This document shows positions 9,730 to 18,058 of a stretch of DNA of 64,000 nt, in pieces. The stretch covers positions 4,864 to 68,863 of the forward strand of contig QCRZ01000002.1 in NCBI GenBank assembly GCA_003209225.1. Direction: 5' to 3'. The stretch comes from Pelagibacteraceae bacterium AG-464-B04 (GTDB lineage Bacteria; Pseudomonadota; Alphaproteobacteria; Pelagibacterales; Pelagibacteraceae). Positions within the stretch are counted from its first letter, which is position 1. Every line of letters begins with the position of its first letter. The notes under the pieces were generated by a model. The model saw only the letters and a program-made list of their open reading frames with translations, made no database searches and had not been told where the DNA came from. The translations under genes and the position numbers were made by a program.

Positions 9730-9763
9730 ACAAATTACACTAAAACTAAAAAAAAATCCCCCC
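9730..9763. repeat. Copy B of the 34-nt direct repeat (ACAAATTACACTAAAACTAAAAAAAAATCCCCCC) immediately 5' of the MORN gene
   Basis: Direct comparison with 8738-8771. The two copies bracket a cassette of about 990 bp carrying two genes. Confidence 0.8.
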
Positions 9764-9784
9764 TAGTTATAAAAACCAGGAGAG
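9748..9784 (-). terminator. Possible rho-independent terminator after the binding-protein gene
   Basis: The minus-strand RNA reads CUCCUGG-UUUUUAUAA-CUAGGGG (7 bp including two G-U pairs), then GGAU9. It overlaps repeat copy B. Confidence 0.4.
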
Positions 9785-9813
9785 ATTTTCAAAAGCTTAA
9801 GTTTTACAAATAA

Positions 9814-10758
9814 TTATTTTGTAAATGCTTTCCAAACTTTTTTGTTTTTCTTTAACCATGCTTTTGCAGCATCTTCGTGAGTCATTTTATCAAGATCTAC
9901 TAAAGAAGCCATTGCTCCAATCTGACCTGTAGTAAATGACAGTTTTTTAAACATAGCTGCAGCATCTGGATGACTTTTTACCCAGTTCTCGTTAACTGCT
10001 TTTTTCAGATAACCATCAGGTGAACCACATTTTCCATCACCTCCATCAGCTGGTCTACAACCGTCTGTGTATGGAGGGAAATCAATAAATGTAAATCCAG
10101 CGCCATCTGTAAAGTTTGGCGTCCAGTTAAAAATTATTGTTCCTCTTCCTTCTTTTTCAGCAGCTGCTACTTCTGCCCATAGTGCATCAGCACTACCAGC
10201 AAATTTAACTACCCAAAGATCTCCTAAACCTAAAGCATCAATTCTTTGAGGTATTAAATCTCCGTGCCAACTTTGTGGACCTTCTAACATTCTTCCTTTT
10301 CCACCAGAGTCTGGTGTTACAAAGTTTTTAGCACAGTCAGCAGATTTTAAAGCTTCCCAATTTGGTAAACCTGGACATAAACCTTTGTCCATTACCCAGT
10401 TTGGAAAACCCATATCTTCTAAAGTTCTAGCTTCATGGTCACCCCAGTCAAGTAAGCCACCAGCATCACGTGCTGTATCAAATGATTTACCGAACGCAGA
10501 TTGCCAAACTTCATGTGATATATCGACATCACCAATACGAATTGACTCGTAAACTGCATTTGAATCTGCGGGAACATATTCCACGTTACCACCCATACTT
10601 TCCAAGATTCCACCAATTACGTGGGCCATAACAATTTGGCTTGACCAATTGTGCACTGGAATTCTTGTAGGTTTCTTACTATCTGCAGACAAAGCAATTC
10701 CTGTAAAACTAACAAAAGAAATTACTATTGCAGATATAAGAGATATTATTTTTTTCAT
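9814..10758 (-). CDS. proX: Periplasmic glycine-betaine/TMAO-binding protein (ProX/OpuAC family; TmoX-like because it is divergent from tdm)
   Basis: 314 aa with signal peptide MKKIISLISAIVISFVSFTGIALSA. OpuAC-type fold with Trp-rich ligand-cage segments (HNWSSQ, HEVWQSAF). GGAGG Shine-Dalgarno. Confidence 0.8.
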   Translation of the reverse strand: MKKIISLISAIVISFVSFTGIALSADSKKPTRIPVHNWSSQIVMAHVIGGILESMGGNVEYVPADSNAVYESIRIGDVDISHEVWQSAFGKSFDTARDAGGLLDWGDHEARTLEDMGFPNWVMDKGLCPGLPNWEALKSADCAKNFVTPDSGGKGRMLEGPQSWHGDLIPQRIDALGLGDLWVVKFAGSADALWAEVAAAEKEGRGTIIFNWTPNFTDGAGFTFIDFPPYTDGCRPADGGDGKCGSPDGYLKKAVNENWVKSHPDAAAMFKKLSFTTGQIGAMASLVDLDKMTHEDAAKAWLKKNKKVWKAFTK

Positions 10759-10769
10759 ACTTAGCCTCC

Positions 10770-10787
10770 AATAATATTAATATTATT
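10770..10787. promoter_or_regulatory. 18-bp perfect palindrome AATAATATTAATATTATT in the divergent proX/tdm control region (candidate operator)
   Basis: The sequence equals its own reverse complement. It sits directly upstream of the proX ribosome-binding site and about 70 nt upstream of tdm. Confidence 0.35.
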
Positions 10788-10857
10788 AGGTAAAATTGTA
10801 TGGTCTTAGAAATGAGGAGTCAAACCGAATTGAAACATAATTAATCATTGATATACT

Positions 10858-13200
10858 ATGTTTCACATGGAAAATTTGTTAACCAGCCTAAATATTAGAA
10901 ATCCTGGATTAAGAACTTTGCCACCTGGAGTTGAAAGATACTTTATTCAGGGAGGGGGTTTATCAGTTATTGAAATCTCAGCAGAAGATAAGTTAGAAAT
11001 AATTAATGATGAAGGAAAACAAACATGCGAGGTGATAGTTTTTAATTCAAAAGGTAAATGTGATTTATCAATATTAAACTTAAAAGAAAATGCTAATGCT
11101 AATTTTTCAAAAAAAACAATTTCACAAGATGAAAAAATTTCAAAATTATTTAAACACAAAAATATTGATTTTGATAAAGCAAAATCATCAATAATATTTA
11201 ATAAAGATTGCCTAGTTGGTGAAAAAATAACTTTAACATCAAAAGACAAATGTATTGTAATCCTTGCTGCGCCCGGAGAAGCTATGAACGTACATAATCA
11301 AAATCCTCCAACTGACCTAACAATTTTCTTAAATAAATCTAAATTTAAAAAAAGTGAAGAACAATTCCTTCTGCCTGAACCTCTTGGTGATCCAACATAC
11401 GAAAAATTAGTTAAAAGACGTACAGCAGAAATTTATGAAGTAAAAAAAGGAGAATATATTCAAATTATAGATCCTGCTGGAAGACAGTGTTCAGATTTTT
11501 TAACTTTTGATAAAGTAAAACTAGAAAAAGGAATTGAAAGCATTATTGATCCGACAGCAACTCGTACTTTCATGGGCGCTGCTTATCCTAGCCCTGGTTT
11601 GTTTTCAAAATTTTATGACGCATATCATGATCCAATGATCGAAGTTGTTCGAGATACTGTAGGTAGACATGATACTTTCAATTATGCTTGCACCTCAAAA
11701 TACTATGAAGATATGGGTTACTTTGGTCACATAAACTGTTCAGACAATTTTAGTAAGGCTTTTAAAAAATATGAAGTAAAACCAAGAAAAGGCTGGACTG
11801 CTATTAATCTTTTTTTTAATACTAGTATTAATCAATTAAATGTTGCTTCTTTTGACGAACCTTGGTCTAGACCAGGTGATTATGTATTGTTCAGAGCTAC
11901 AAAAGATTTAATTTGCGCATCTTCAGCTTGTCCTTGCGATGTTGATCCAGCAAATGGATGGAATCCAACTGATATTTTTGTTAGAACTTATCCTAAAGAA
12001 CGAAAATATTCGAAAGCAATAGCATTTAGAATGAAAGAAGATTCAGAACCAAAACTAACAAAAGAAACTGGATTTCATAAAAATACTTCTAAGCTCACTA
12101 GAAATTTTATTGATTATAACGGTTATTGGTTAGCAAACAATTATACAAACCTTGGAACAATAAAAGAATATACCGCTTGTAGAGAAAAGGCTATTGCGAT
12201 TGATTTATCTCCTTTAAGAAAATTTGAAATAGTTGGACCAGACTCAGAAAATTTAATGCAATATGCCTTAACACGTAATGTAAAAAAAATTGCTATTGGA
12301 CAAGTCAGTTATTCAGCAATGTGCTATGAAAATGGCGGAATGATTGATGATGGAACAATTTTTCGTTTAGCTAAAGATAATTTTAGATGGATTGGTGGTC
12401 AAGAATATGGAGGCACATGGTTAAGAGAACTTGCTAAAAAAAAGAATTATAAAGTTTGGGTAAAATCATCAACAGATCAAATACATAATATTTCTGTGCA
12501 GGGGCCAAATAGTAGAAAAATTTTAGAAAAATTTGTTTGGACTGCACCTACCCAACCAACAATAAATGAACTTCAATGGTTCAGGTTTGCTATTGCTAGA
12601 ATTGATGATCATGTTGGAATACCAATTATTGTTTCTAGAACCGGATATACTGGTGAGTTAGGTTTTGAAATTTGGTGCCACCCTAATGATGCATCTAAAG
12701 TTTGGGAGAAAGTATTTGAACATGGAGAAGATTTAGGAATAACGCCAATGGGTTTAGAAGGTTTAGATATGGTAAGAATTGAAGCTGGTCTTATTTTTTA
12801 TGGCTATGAATTCAGCGATCAAACAGACCCCTTTGAAGCTGGAATTGGATTTTCTGTGGCTCTAAAAACAAAAGAAGATGACTTTGTTGGTAAAGAAGCG
12901 TTAGTAAAAAGAAAAGCTTCTCCACAGAAAAAACTGGTTGGTTTAGAGCTGATTGGTAAAGAGCAGGCCATTAATGGTGATGGGGTACACGTAGGAAGAG
13001 CTACAATCGGTGTTATAACTAGTGGGATGATTTCGCCCACATTAAACAAAAACATTGCTCTTTGTAGAATGGATGTTAAATATTCTGATATAGGAACAGA
13101 GGTAGAAGTGGGCAAAATCGATGGTCATCAAAAAAGAATTGGAGCTAAAGTTGTTAAATTTCCTTTTTATGATCCTGAAAAATTGAGAGTAAAAGCATAA
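10858..13200 (+). CDS. tdm: Trimethylamine N-oxide demethylase (DUF1989 N-domain + GcvT-type tetrahydrofolate-binding C-domain)
   Basis: 780 aa. The N-terminal half has the DUF1989-like segment YEVKKGEYIQIIDPAGRQCSDFLTFD. The C-terminal half is aminomethyltransferase-like (GPDSENLMQYALTRNV, YSAMCYENGGMIDDGTIFRL, RTGYTGELGFEIW). The domain pair, size and context match Tdm as described for marine bacteria. Confidence 0.75.
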   Translation: MFHMENLLTSLNIRNPGLRTLPPGVERYFIQGGGLSVIEISAEDKLEIINDEGKQTCEVIVFNSKGKCDLSILNLKENANANFSKKTISQDEKISKLFKHKNIDFDKAKSSIIFNKDCLVGEKITLTSKDKCIVILAAPGEAMNVHNQNPPTDLTIFLNKSKFKKSEEQFLLPEPLGDPTYEKLVKRRTAEIYEVKKGEYIQIIDPAGRQCSDFLTFDKVKLEKGIESIIDPTATRTFMGAAYPSPGLFSKFYDAYHDPMIEVVRDTVGRHDTFNYACTSKYYEDMGYFGHINCSDNFSKAFKKYEVKPRKGWTAINLFFNTSINQLNVASFDEPWSRPGDYVLFRATKDLICASSACPCDVDPANGWNPTDIFVRTYPKERKYSKAIAFRMKEDSEPKLTKETGFHKNTSKLTRNFIDYNGYWLANNYTNLGTIKEYTACREKAIAIDLSPLRKFEIVGPDSENLMQYALTRNVKKIAIGQVSYSAMCYENGGMIDDGTIFRLAKDNFRWIGGQEYGGTWLRELAKKKNYKVWVKSSTDQIHNISVQGPNSRKILEKFVWTAPTQPTINELQWFRFAIARIDDHVGIPIIVSRTGYTGELGFEIWCHPNDASKVWEKVFEHGEDLGITPMGLEGLDMVRIEAGLIFYGYEFSDQTDPFEAGIGFSVALKTKEDDFVGKEALVKRKASPQKKLVGLELIGKEQAINGDGVHVGRATIGVITSGMISPTLNKNIALCRMDVKYSDIGTEVEVGKIDGHQKRIGAKVVKFPFYDPEKLRVKA

Positions 13201-13207
13201 AAAAAAT

Positions 13208-14554
13208 ATGGCATTTCCTAAAAAAGCAAAATTTGTTGTAATTGGAGCTGGAATACACGGGCTAAGCACAGCTTGGCATTTAGCGGAAAAAATTAAAAAA
13301 AAAAACGGTAACGGAACAAATAACGATATTGTTGTTATTGATAAAAATGGAATTGCGTCAGGAGCAAGTGGAGTTGCTTGTGGTGTTGTTAGAAATAATT
13401 ATTTTCAACCAGCTATGAGAGAGCTTATGATGCATAGTGTTAAGATTTGGGAAAGTGATCTAAAAAACTTTAGTTATCATCCCGTTGGTTATATGCAAAT
13501 AAGCCCCGAAAGTATGCACAAAGATGTTGCAAGTATTTTTGAACAACAAAAAGCTATTGGATATGAATCAGAATTTGTTGAAGGAAAAGAAGACTCTATG
13601 AAATATATGAAAAATATATTTCATGATTGGCAAGCTAGAGGAATCACTTCTGTATTACATGAAAAAAGAGGTGGATATGCAAATAATACTGCTGCTATTT
13701 ATGGGCTAGCAAACAAGGCTGAAAGCTTTGGTGTTAAAGTTATAACAGGAACTGAAGTTACTGGATTTAAAAGAGGAAGCAACAGTAAAGCTGTAACAGG
13801 TGTTGTTACTTCAAAAGGAACTATTGATTGTGAGCAAGTAATTGTAGGTGCTGGTCCATGGGTTAAAAGTTTTTGGGATATGCTTGAGTTACCTAAAAAA
13901 ATTTCTATTAAAGATGACCAAGGAAAAATACATAAAGATTATCCAATGTGGATATATTGGATGTTAACAGAAGGTGTTCTGGGTGTTGATCCCAATATGC
14001 AAAAAACTGACGATGGAAAAATGCCTCCAGTTATACACGTAGATAGTGATGCACATTTATTCTCAGATGTTGATGGTTCTCTTATTACTGATAAAATGTG
14101 GGGAATATATTATAAGCCAGATTTTAATTTTAAAGGAGTTCAGGGCGGATCAGCGCCTTACAAGGTTATGAGGCCTGTAGATGAAGTAAAAGTAGATCCT
14201 TATGGACCAGATTCACCAGAATTTCAAACTACTGCTGAATTTGCTCACATGTGGTGTTCTGCTTTAGCTCATTGCCAAAAAAGATTTAAAGGAAAAATTA
14301 AAGTTTATCACAAAGGACCATCAGGAGGGCTTGGATGTTTTACTCCAGATTCTTTCCCTGTTTTTGATAAATTTTGTGAAAATGTTTATATAATCGCAGA
14401 TTCAAACCATGGATATAAAATGATTGGGGTTGGGGATCTAGTTTCAGATGAGGTTTTAGGAAAAGAAAGCTCTCTTCTTAAACCATTTAGATTTAATCGA
14501 TATGCGAAAGGTGAATTGCACCCTGTATCCAGTAGTCCTTTTCCTTGGAGCTAA
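13208..14554 (+). CDS. FAD-dependent oxidoreductase, DAO family, sarcosine-oxidase-beta / MgdA-like; no alpha/gamma/delta partners nearby
   Basis: 448 aa. N-terminal Rossmann motif KFVVIGAGIHGLSTAWHLA. DAO-type body (GGYANNTAAIYGLA, VIVGAGPW, FTPDSFPVFD). Confidence 0.75.
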   Translation: MAFPKKAKFVVIGAGIHGLSTAWHLAEKIKKKNGNGTNNDIVVIDKNGIASGASGVACGVVRNNYFQPAMRELMMHSVKIWESDLKNFSYHPVGYMQISPESMHKDVASIFEQQKAIGYESEFVEGKEDSMKYMKNIFHDWQARGITSVLHEKRGGYANNTAAIYGLANKAESFGVKVITGTEVTGFKRGSNSKAVTGVVTSKGTIDCEQVIVGAGPWVKSFWDMLELPKKISIKDDQGKIHKDYPMWIYWMLTEGVLGVDPNMQKTDDGKMPPVIHVDSDAHLFSDVDGSLITDKMWGIYYKPDFNFKGVQGGSAPYKVMRPVDEVKVDPYGPDSPEFQTTAEFAHMWCSALAHCQKRFKGKIKVYHKGPSGGLGCFTPDSFPVFDKFCENVYIIADSNHGYKMIGVGDLVSDEVLGKESSLLKPFRFNRYAKGELHPVSSSPFPWS

Positions 14555-14649
14555 ATTTTTATAAATTAATTAAGATCAAAATAATTCCAAAATATCTTTT
14601 AAAAATAAAAAAAAATTGAATTATTAAAACTATTTATTTCAATCAAAAC

Positions 14650-14703
14650 GCGAAAGGTGAATTCCAACCCATATCTAGTGGTCCATTTTCTTTGGAGCTA
14701 AAT
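14650..14703 (+). pseudogene. Degenerate duplicate of the last ~17 codons of the upstream flavoprotein gene
   Basis: GCGAAAGGTGAATTCCAACCCATATCTAGTGGTCCATTTTCTTTGGAGCTAAAT closely resembles 14504-14556 (GCGAAAGGTGAATTGCACCCTGTATCCAGTAGTCCTTTTCCTTGGAGCTAAAT). It carries substitutions and a 1-nt indel and has no upstream ORF. Confidence 0.6.
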
Positions 14704-14792
14704 CTAGACGAGTATTTGTTTTTCAGCTAACATATTTCAAATTTTAAGAAGTTGTAAATCTAAATCTTAAATCTTTGAGGGGGATTAGTTAA

Positions 14793-16265
14793 ATGACAGA
14801 TCTAGAAAAGCACGTTAACAGACCAGGGCGTGATAAAATTGTAAAAAAAGTTAGAGAAAAAATTAATGAACTAGGAATTACTTATATATATTTTCAATTT
14901 ATATCAGTAACAGGAAGAGTAGTGGGAAAAGGTATACCCGCTGATCACTGGGAAAGAATTGCAGAAAAAGGTTTCCAGTTAGTTTATGGAGCTACCGCAA
15001 ACTTATTTGTTGATCGTCATAAAAATTATATAGGTTATGGGCCAGAAGCAAAAGAATTAGTTGGAATACCAGATCCAGAAACTTTTGTTCAAGTGCCTTG
15101 GGATAAAAGAGTTGGAAGAGTTTATTGTACTTGTTTTAGAAATAGAGAAGAAAGAGATAATCCGGGTGGACATTTAACTTCTGATTGTAGAGGTAATTTA
15201 AGAATACATCACGAAGAATTTACAAAGAAACACAAAGGTTTGAAATTAAGAATTGGAACTGAACCAGAAATGATGTGGTTAACCAGAAATCAAGATGGTA
15301 CGCCAACTGGTAAAGGTTTTTCGAAACCATATTGTTATCACATTGACCAATTTGAATCCTTAAGGCCAGTATTTATGAAAGTGATTGAATACTCAAACGC
15401 AATGGGATTAGACATGATTCAAGGAGATCATGAGGATGCGCCTGGTCAATTAGAATTAAATTGGATGTTTGATGACGTATTAAGAAACGCAGATAGACTT
15501 TCAACATATAGACAAATTTGCGCACAAGTTGCTAGAGAACATGGAATAATTGCATGTTTCATGACAAAACCTTTTATGGGAGTTTCAGCCAGTGGATGTC
15601 ATACAAACATGTCACTATGGACAGGTGGAAATGATAAAGTGAATAAATTACATCATAAAACATTACCAGGAGTAGAAGAAGTTTTTACTTATGTTCAAGG
15701 TGGAAAAAACACATTTATGCCAGATACAAAAGATGTTCAGCTGCCAGGAAAAATTGGTTTAAAATGTATTGGTGGTGTTATGAAACACTTAGGTGCTTTA
15801 ACTGCTATTGGCTCATCAACTGTAAACTCGTATAGAAGATTATGGGATCAAGGTTTCTGGGCGCCAGTTTATGCAGACTGGGGTTATCAAAATAGAACTT
15901 GCGGATTAAGAGTTTCTGCTCCAGGAAGATTTGAATACCGTTCAGTTGACTCGATGCATAACCCTTATTTAATGGGCTCAGCATTATTAAAATCTTTTGA
16001 CGATGGCCTGACAAATAATATTGATCCAGGAAAACCTGAATCAAGAAACATCTACGAAGCTCAAAAAGCAGGTAAAGATGTTAAAAAATTACCATTAAGC
16101 CTTGGTGAAGCCTTGGATCGTTTAAAAGAAGATAAAGTTATTCAATCAGCTATGCCAGATGAAATGTATAAAATATTTCATTGGTACAAAAACGATGAAT
16201 GGGAAAAATTTTTAGGAGCAACAACTCAGTGGGATCTTGACACCTACCTGGATTGTTTACCTTAG
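14793..16265 (+). CDS. gmaS: Glutamine-synthetase-family ligase, probable gamma-glutamylmethylamide synthetase
   Basis: 490 aa. GS motifs YIYFQFISVTGRVVGKGIP (beta-grasp), HEDAPGQLELNW, KPFMGVSASGCHTNMSLW, NSYRRL, RFEYRSVDSMHNPYL. It sits immediately upstream of mgsABC. Strong GAGGGGGA Shine-Dalgarno. Confidence 0.7.
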   Translation: MTDLEKHVNRPGRDKIVKKVREKINELGITYIYFQFISVTGRVVGKGIPADHWERIAEKGFQLVYGATANLFVDRHKNYIGYGPEAKELVGIPDPETFVQVPWDKRVGRVYCTCFRNREERDNPGGHLTSDCRGNLRIHHEEFTKKHKGLKLRIGTEPEMMWLTRNQDGTPTGKGFSKPYCYHIDQFESLRPVFMKVIEYSNAMGLDMIQGDHEDAPGQLELNWMFDDVLRNADRLSTYRQICAQVAREHGIIACFMTKPFMGVSASGCHTNMSLWTGGNDKVNKLHHKTLPGVEEVFTYVQGGKNTFMPDTKDVQLPGKIGLKCIGGVMKHLGALTAIGSSTVNSYRRLWDQGFWAPVYADWGYQNRTCGLRVSAPGRFEYRSVDSMHNPYLMGSALLKSFDDGLTNNIDPGKPESRNIYEAQKAGKDVKKLPLSLGEALDRLKEDKVIQSAMPDEMYKIFHWYKNDEWEKFLGATTQWDLDTYLDCLP

Positions 16266-16285
16266 TTCGAAAGGAAATAATTATT

Positions 16286-17227
16286 ATGTGTGGAATAGCA
16301 GGATTAATTCATAAAGGAAAGACTGTAAATATAGGCAAGGAATTACAAGATATGTTGCAGGCCCTTAAACATAGAGGACCTGATTCTACAGGTTTTGCAC
16401 TCTACGGCGAGGGAAGTAAAGGGGATTATATTATGCGTTTTAAAGTAGGAGAAAACGTTAAAGAAGGAAGCTCAGCTGTAAACGAAGATAAATCAATCTA
16501 CGATATTAGAAAAAAACAAGTAGACAAACATTTAATAGATTTAGGTGCGGATATTTATCAAGAAGAACGTTTAACCCCTTATTCGTTTAGATATGTAATT
16601 AAATATGACAAAGATTTAATGGAGTTTTCAAAAAAAATTGAAAGTGTTGAGATGACCGAAATATTATCTCTTGGTAAAACCTTGGAGTTAGTTAAAGATA
16701 TTGGTGATGCCGAAGAAGTTTCGAAACAATATGGATTATATAAAGTAAAAGGGACTCATGCTATTGGCCACTCGAGAATGGCTACGGAATCAGGAGTAGA
16801 TATAAGATCTGCACATCCTTTTTGGGGCTATCCTTTTAGCGATGTTTCGGTAGTGCACAATGGACAATTAACTAATTATTGGAATAATAGAAGGACACTT
16901 GAAAATAAAGGAATGCGCTTTATGTCAGAGTGTGATTCAGAGCTTATTGCAGTTTACTTAGCTCAAAAAATGAGAAGTGGAGCATCATTGCGAGACGGAA
17001 TGAACGACTCTCTTAAGGAATTAGATGGAGTTTTTACATATTTGGTAGCGACAAAAGATTCTTTGGGTATGGCAAAAGATACAATGGCTGCTAAACCTTT
17101 AGTCCTATATGAATCAGATGATTTAGTAGCAATGGGTTCTGAAGAAATAGCTATTAGAACTTTACTGCCGCAAGAAATAGATACTTATGACCCTTATGAT
17201 GGAGAAGTAAAAGTATGGGAAATTTAA
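16286..17227 (+). CDS. mgsA: N-methylglutamate synthase subunit A (class-II glutamine amidotransferase domain, GlxB-like)
   Basis: MCGIAGL places the Ntn nucleophile Cys directly after the initiator Met. An AAGGA ribosome-binding site lies upstream of ATG 16286. Also HSRMATES and VVHNGQLTNY. Confidence 0.8.
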   Translation: MCGIAGLIHKGKTVNIGKELQDMLQALKHRGPDSTGFALYGEGSKGDYIMRFKVGENVKEGSSAVNEDKSIYDIRKKQVDKHLIDLGADIYQEERLTPYSFRYVIKYDKDLMEFSKKIESVEMTEILSLGKTLELVKDIGDAEEVSKQYGLYKVKGTHAIGHSRMATESGVDIRSAHPFWGYPFSDVSVVHNGQLTNYWNNRRTLENKGMRFMSECDSELIAVYLAQKMRSGASLRDGMNDSLKELDGVFTYLVATKDSLGMAKDTMAAKPLVLYESDDLVAMGSEEIAIRTLLPQEIDTYDPYDGEVKVWEI

Positions 17228-18057
17228 AAAATTCAAAATCACAATCTATGGGACTTCATAAAGAAGTTCTTACAGGAAGAACCCAGCAAGTCTTTTTCAA
17301 TCCAGAGGAAGCAGAAAATTTCTTTTATTATGGGGCTTATGATGTTGATTTTAATAAAAGAACAGAAATAGATGCAAAAAACTTAACTTGCGCAACACTT
17401 AACCACAAACTGCATGATTTGATGAAAGAAGGTTATGGAACGATTGCTGTTAAAAACCCTCAAGGGAAACATAGTTTGGGTGTAGGAATTTTAAATAAAT
17501 TAAACTTAATTTTTGAAGGTTCAATTGGATATTTTGGAGTAGGCTCCATTGATGGTCCTGTAGTTAGAATTACTGGAAGAGTTGGTTGGTCTTGTGCAGA
17601 AAATATGATGGCAGGAAAAGTTGTTATTGAAAAAAATGCAGGGTCTTGCTTCGGAGCTGCAATCCGAGGTGGAGATTTAATTTGTAAAGGGAGTGTTGGA
17701 GCAAGAACTGGAATTGATATGAAAGGTGGAACTATAATTGTAGGTGGTGATGCTGGAGCTTTTACAGGTTTTATGATGCAAAGAGGAAGAATAATTGTCC
17801 TAGGGGATGCAGGTATAAACTTAGGTGACTCTATGTATGATGGTACAATTTTTATTGGAGGAAAAATTAAATCTTATGGAAGCGATGCTGTAAAATCTAA
17901 AATCACATCAGATGATATAGCTTGGTTAAAAAGAAAACTTAAAGTAGCAGAAATAGGATCTGATTTTGATTTAAGTAAAATGACTAAAATAGTTGCTGGT
18001 AAAAAACTTTGGAATTATGATGCACTAGAACCATCTGAAAAAAAAGGAGCTATATAA
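17215..18057 (+). CDS. mgsB: N-methylglutamate synthase subunit B (GXGXG beta-helix domain, GlxC-like)
   Basis: 280 aa. Gly-rich repeats GSIGYFGVGSIDG and GSVGARTGIDMKGGTIIVGGDAGAFTGFMMQRGRIIVLGDAG, typical of the GltB C-terminal domain. The start overlaps the end of mgsA; an alternative ATG is at 17248. Confidence 0.75.
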   Translation: MGNLKNSKSQSMGLHKEVLTGRTQQVFFNPEEAENFFYYGAYDVDFNKRTEIDAKNLTCATLNHKLHDLMKEGYGTIAVKNPQGKHSLGVGILNKLNLIFEGSIGYFGVGSIDGPVVRITGRVGWSCAENMMAGKVVIEKNAGSCFGAAIRGGDLICKGSVGARTGIDMKGGTIIVGGDAGAFTGFMMQRGRIIVLGDAGINLGDSMYDGTIFIGGKIKSYGSDAVKSKITSDDIAWLKRKLKVAEIGSDFDLSKMTKIVAGKKLWNYDALEPSEKKGAI

Positions 18058-18058
18058 A

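Noticed and set aside
9368-9743. Three overlapping plus-strand ORFs (78, 93 and 71 aa) opposite the MORN-repeat gene.
   Set aside because: The repetitive MORN coding sequence keeps the opposite frames open. The minus-strand product has a signal peptide and regular MORN units, whereas the plus-strand products have no recognisable features.
16253-16285. The N-terminal extension MFTLVRKEIII on mgsA proposed by the ORF track.
   Set aside because: Class-II amidotransferases need Cys as the first residue after Met removal. MCGIAG at 16286 has its own AAGGA ribosome-binding site, and the extension overlaps the end of gmaS.
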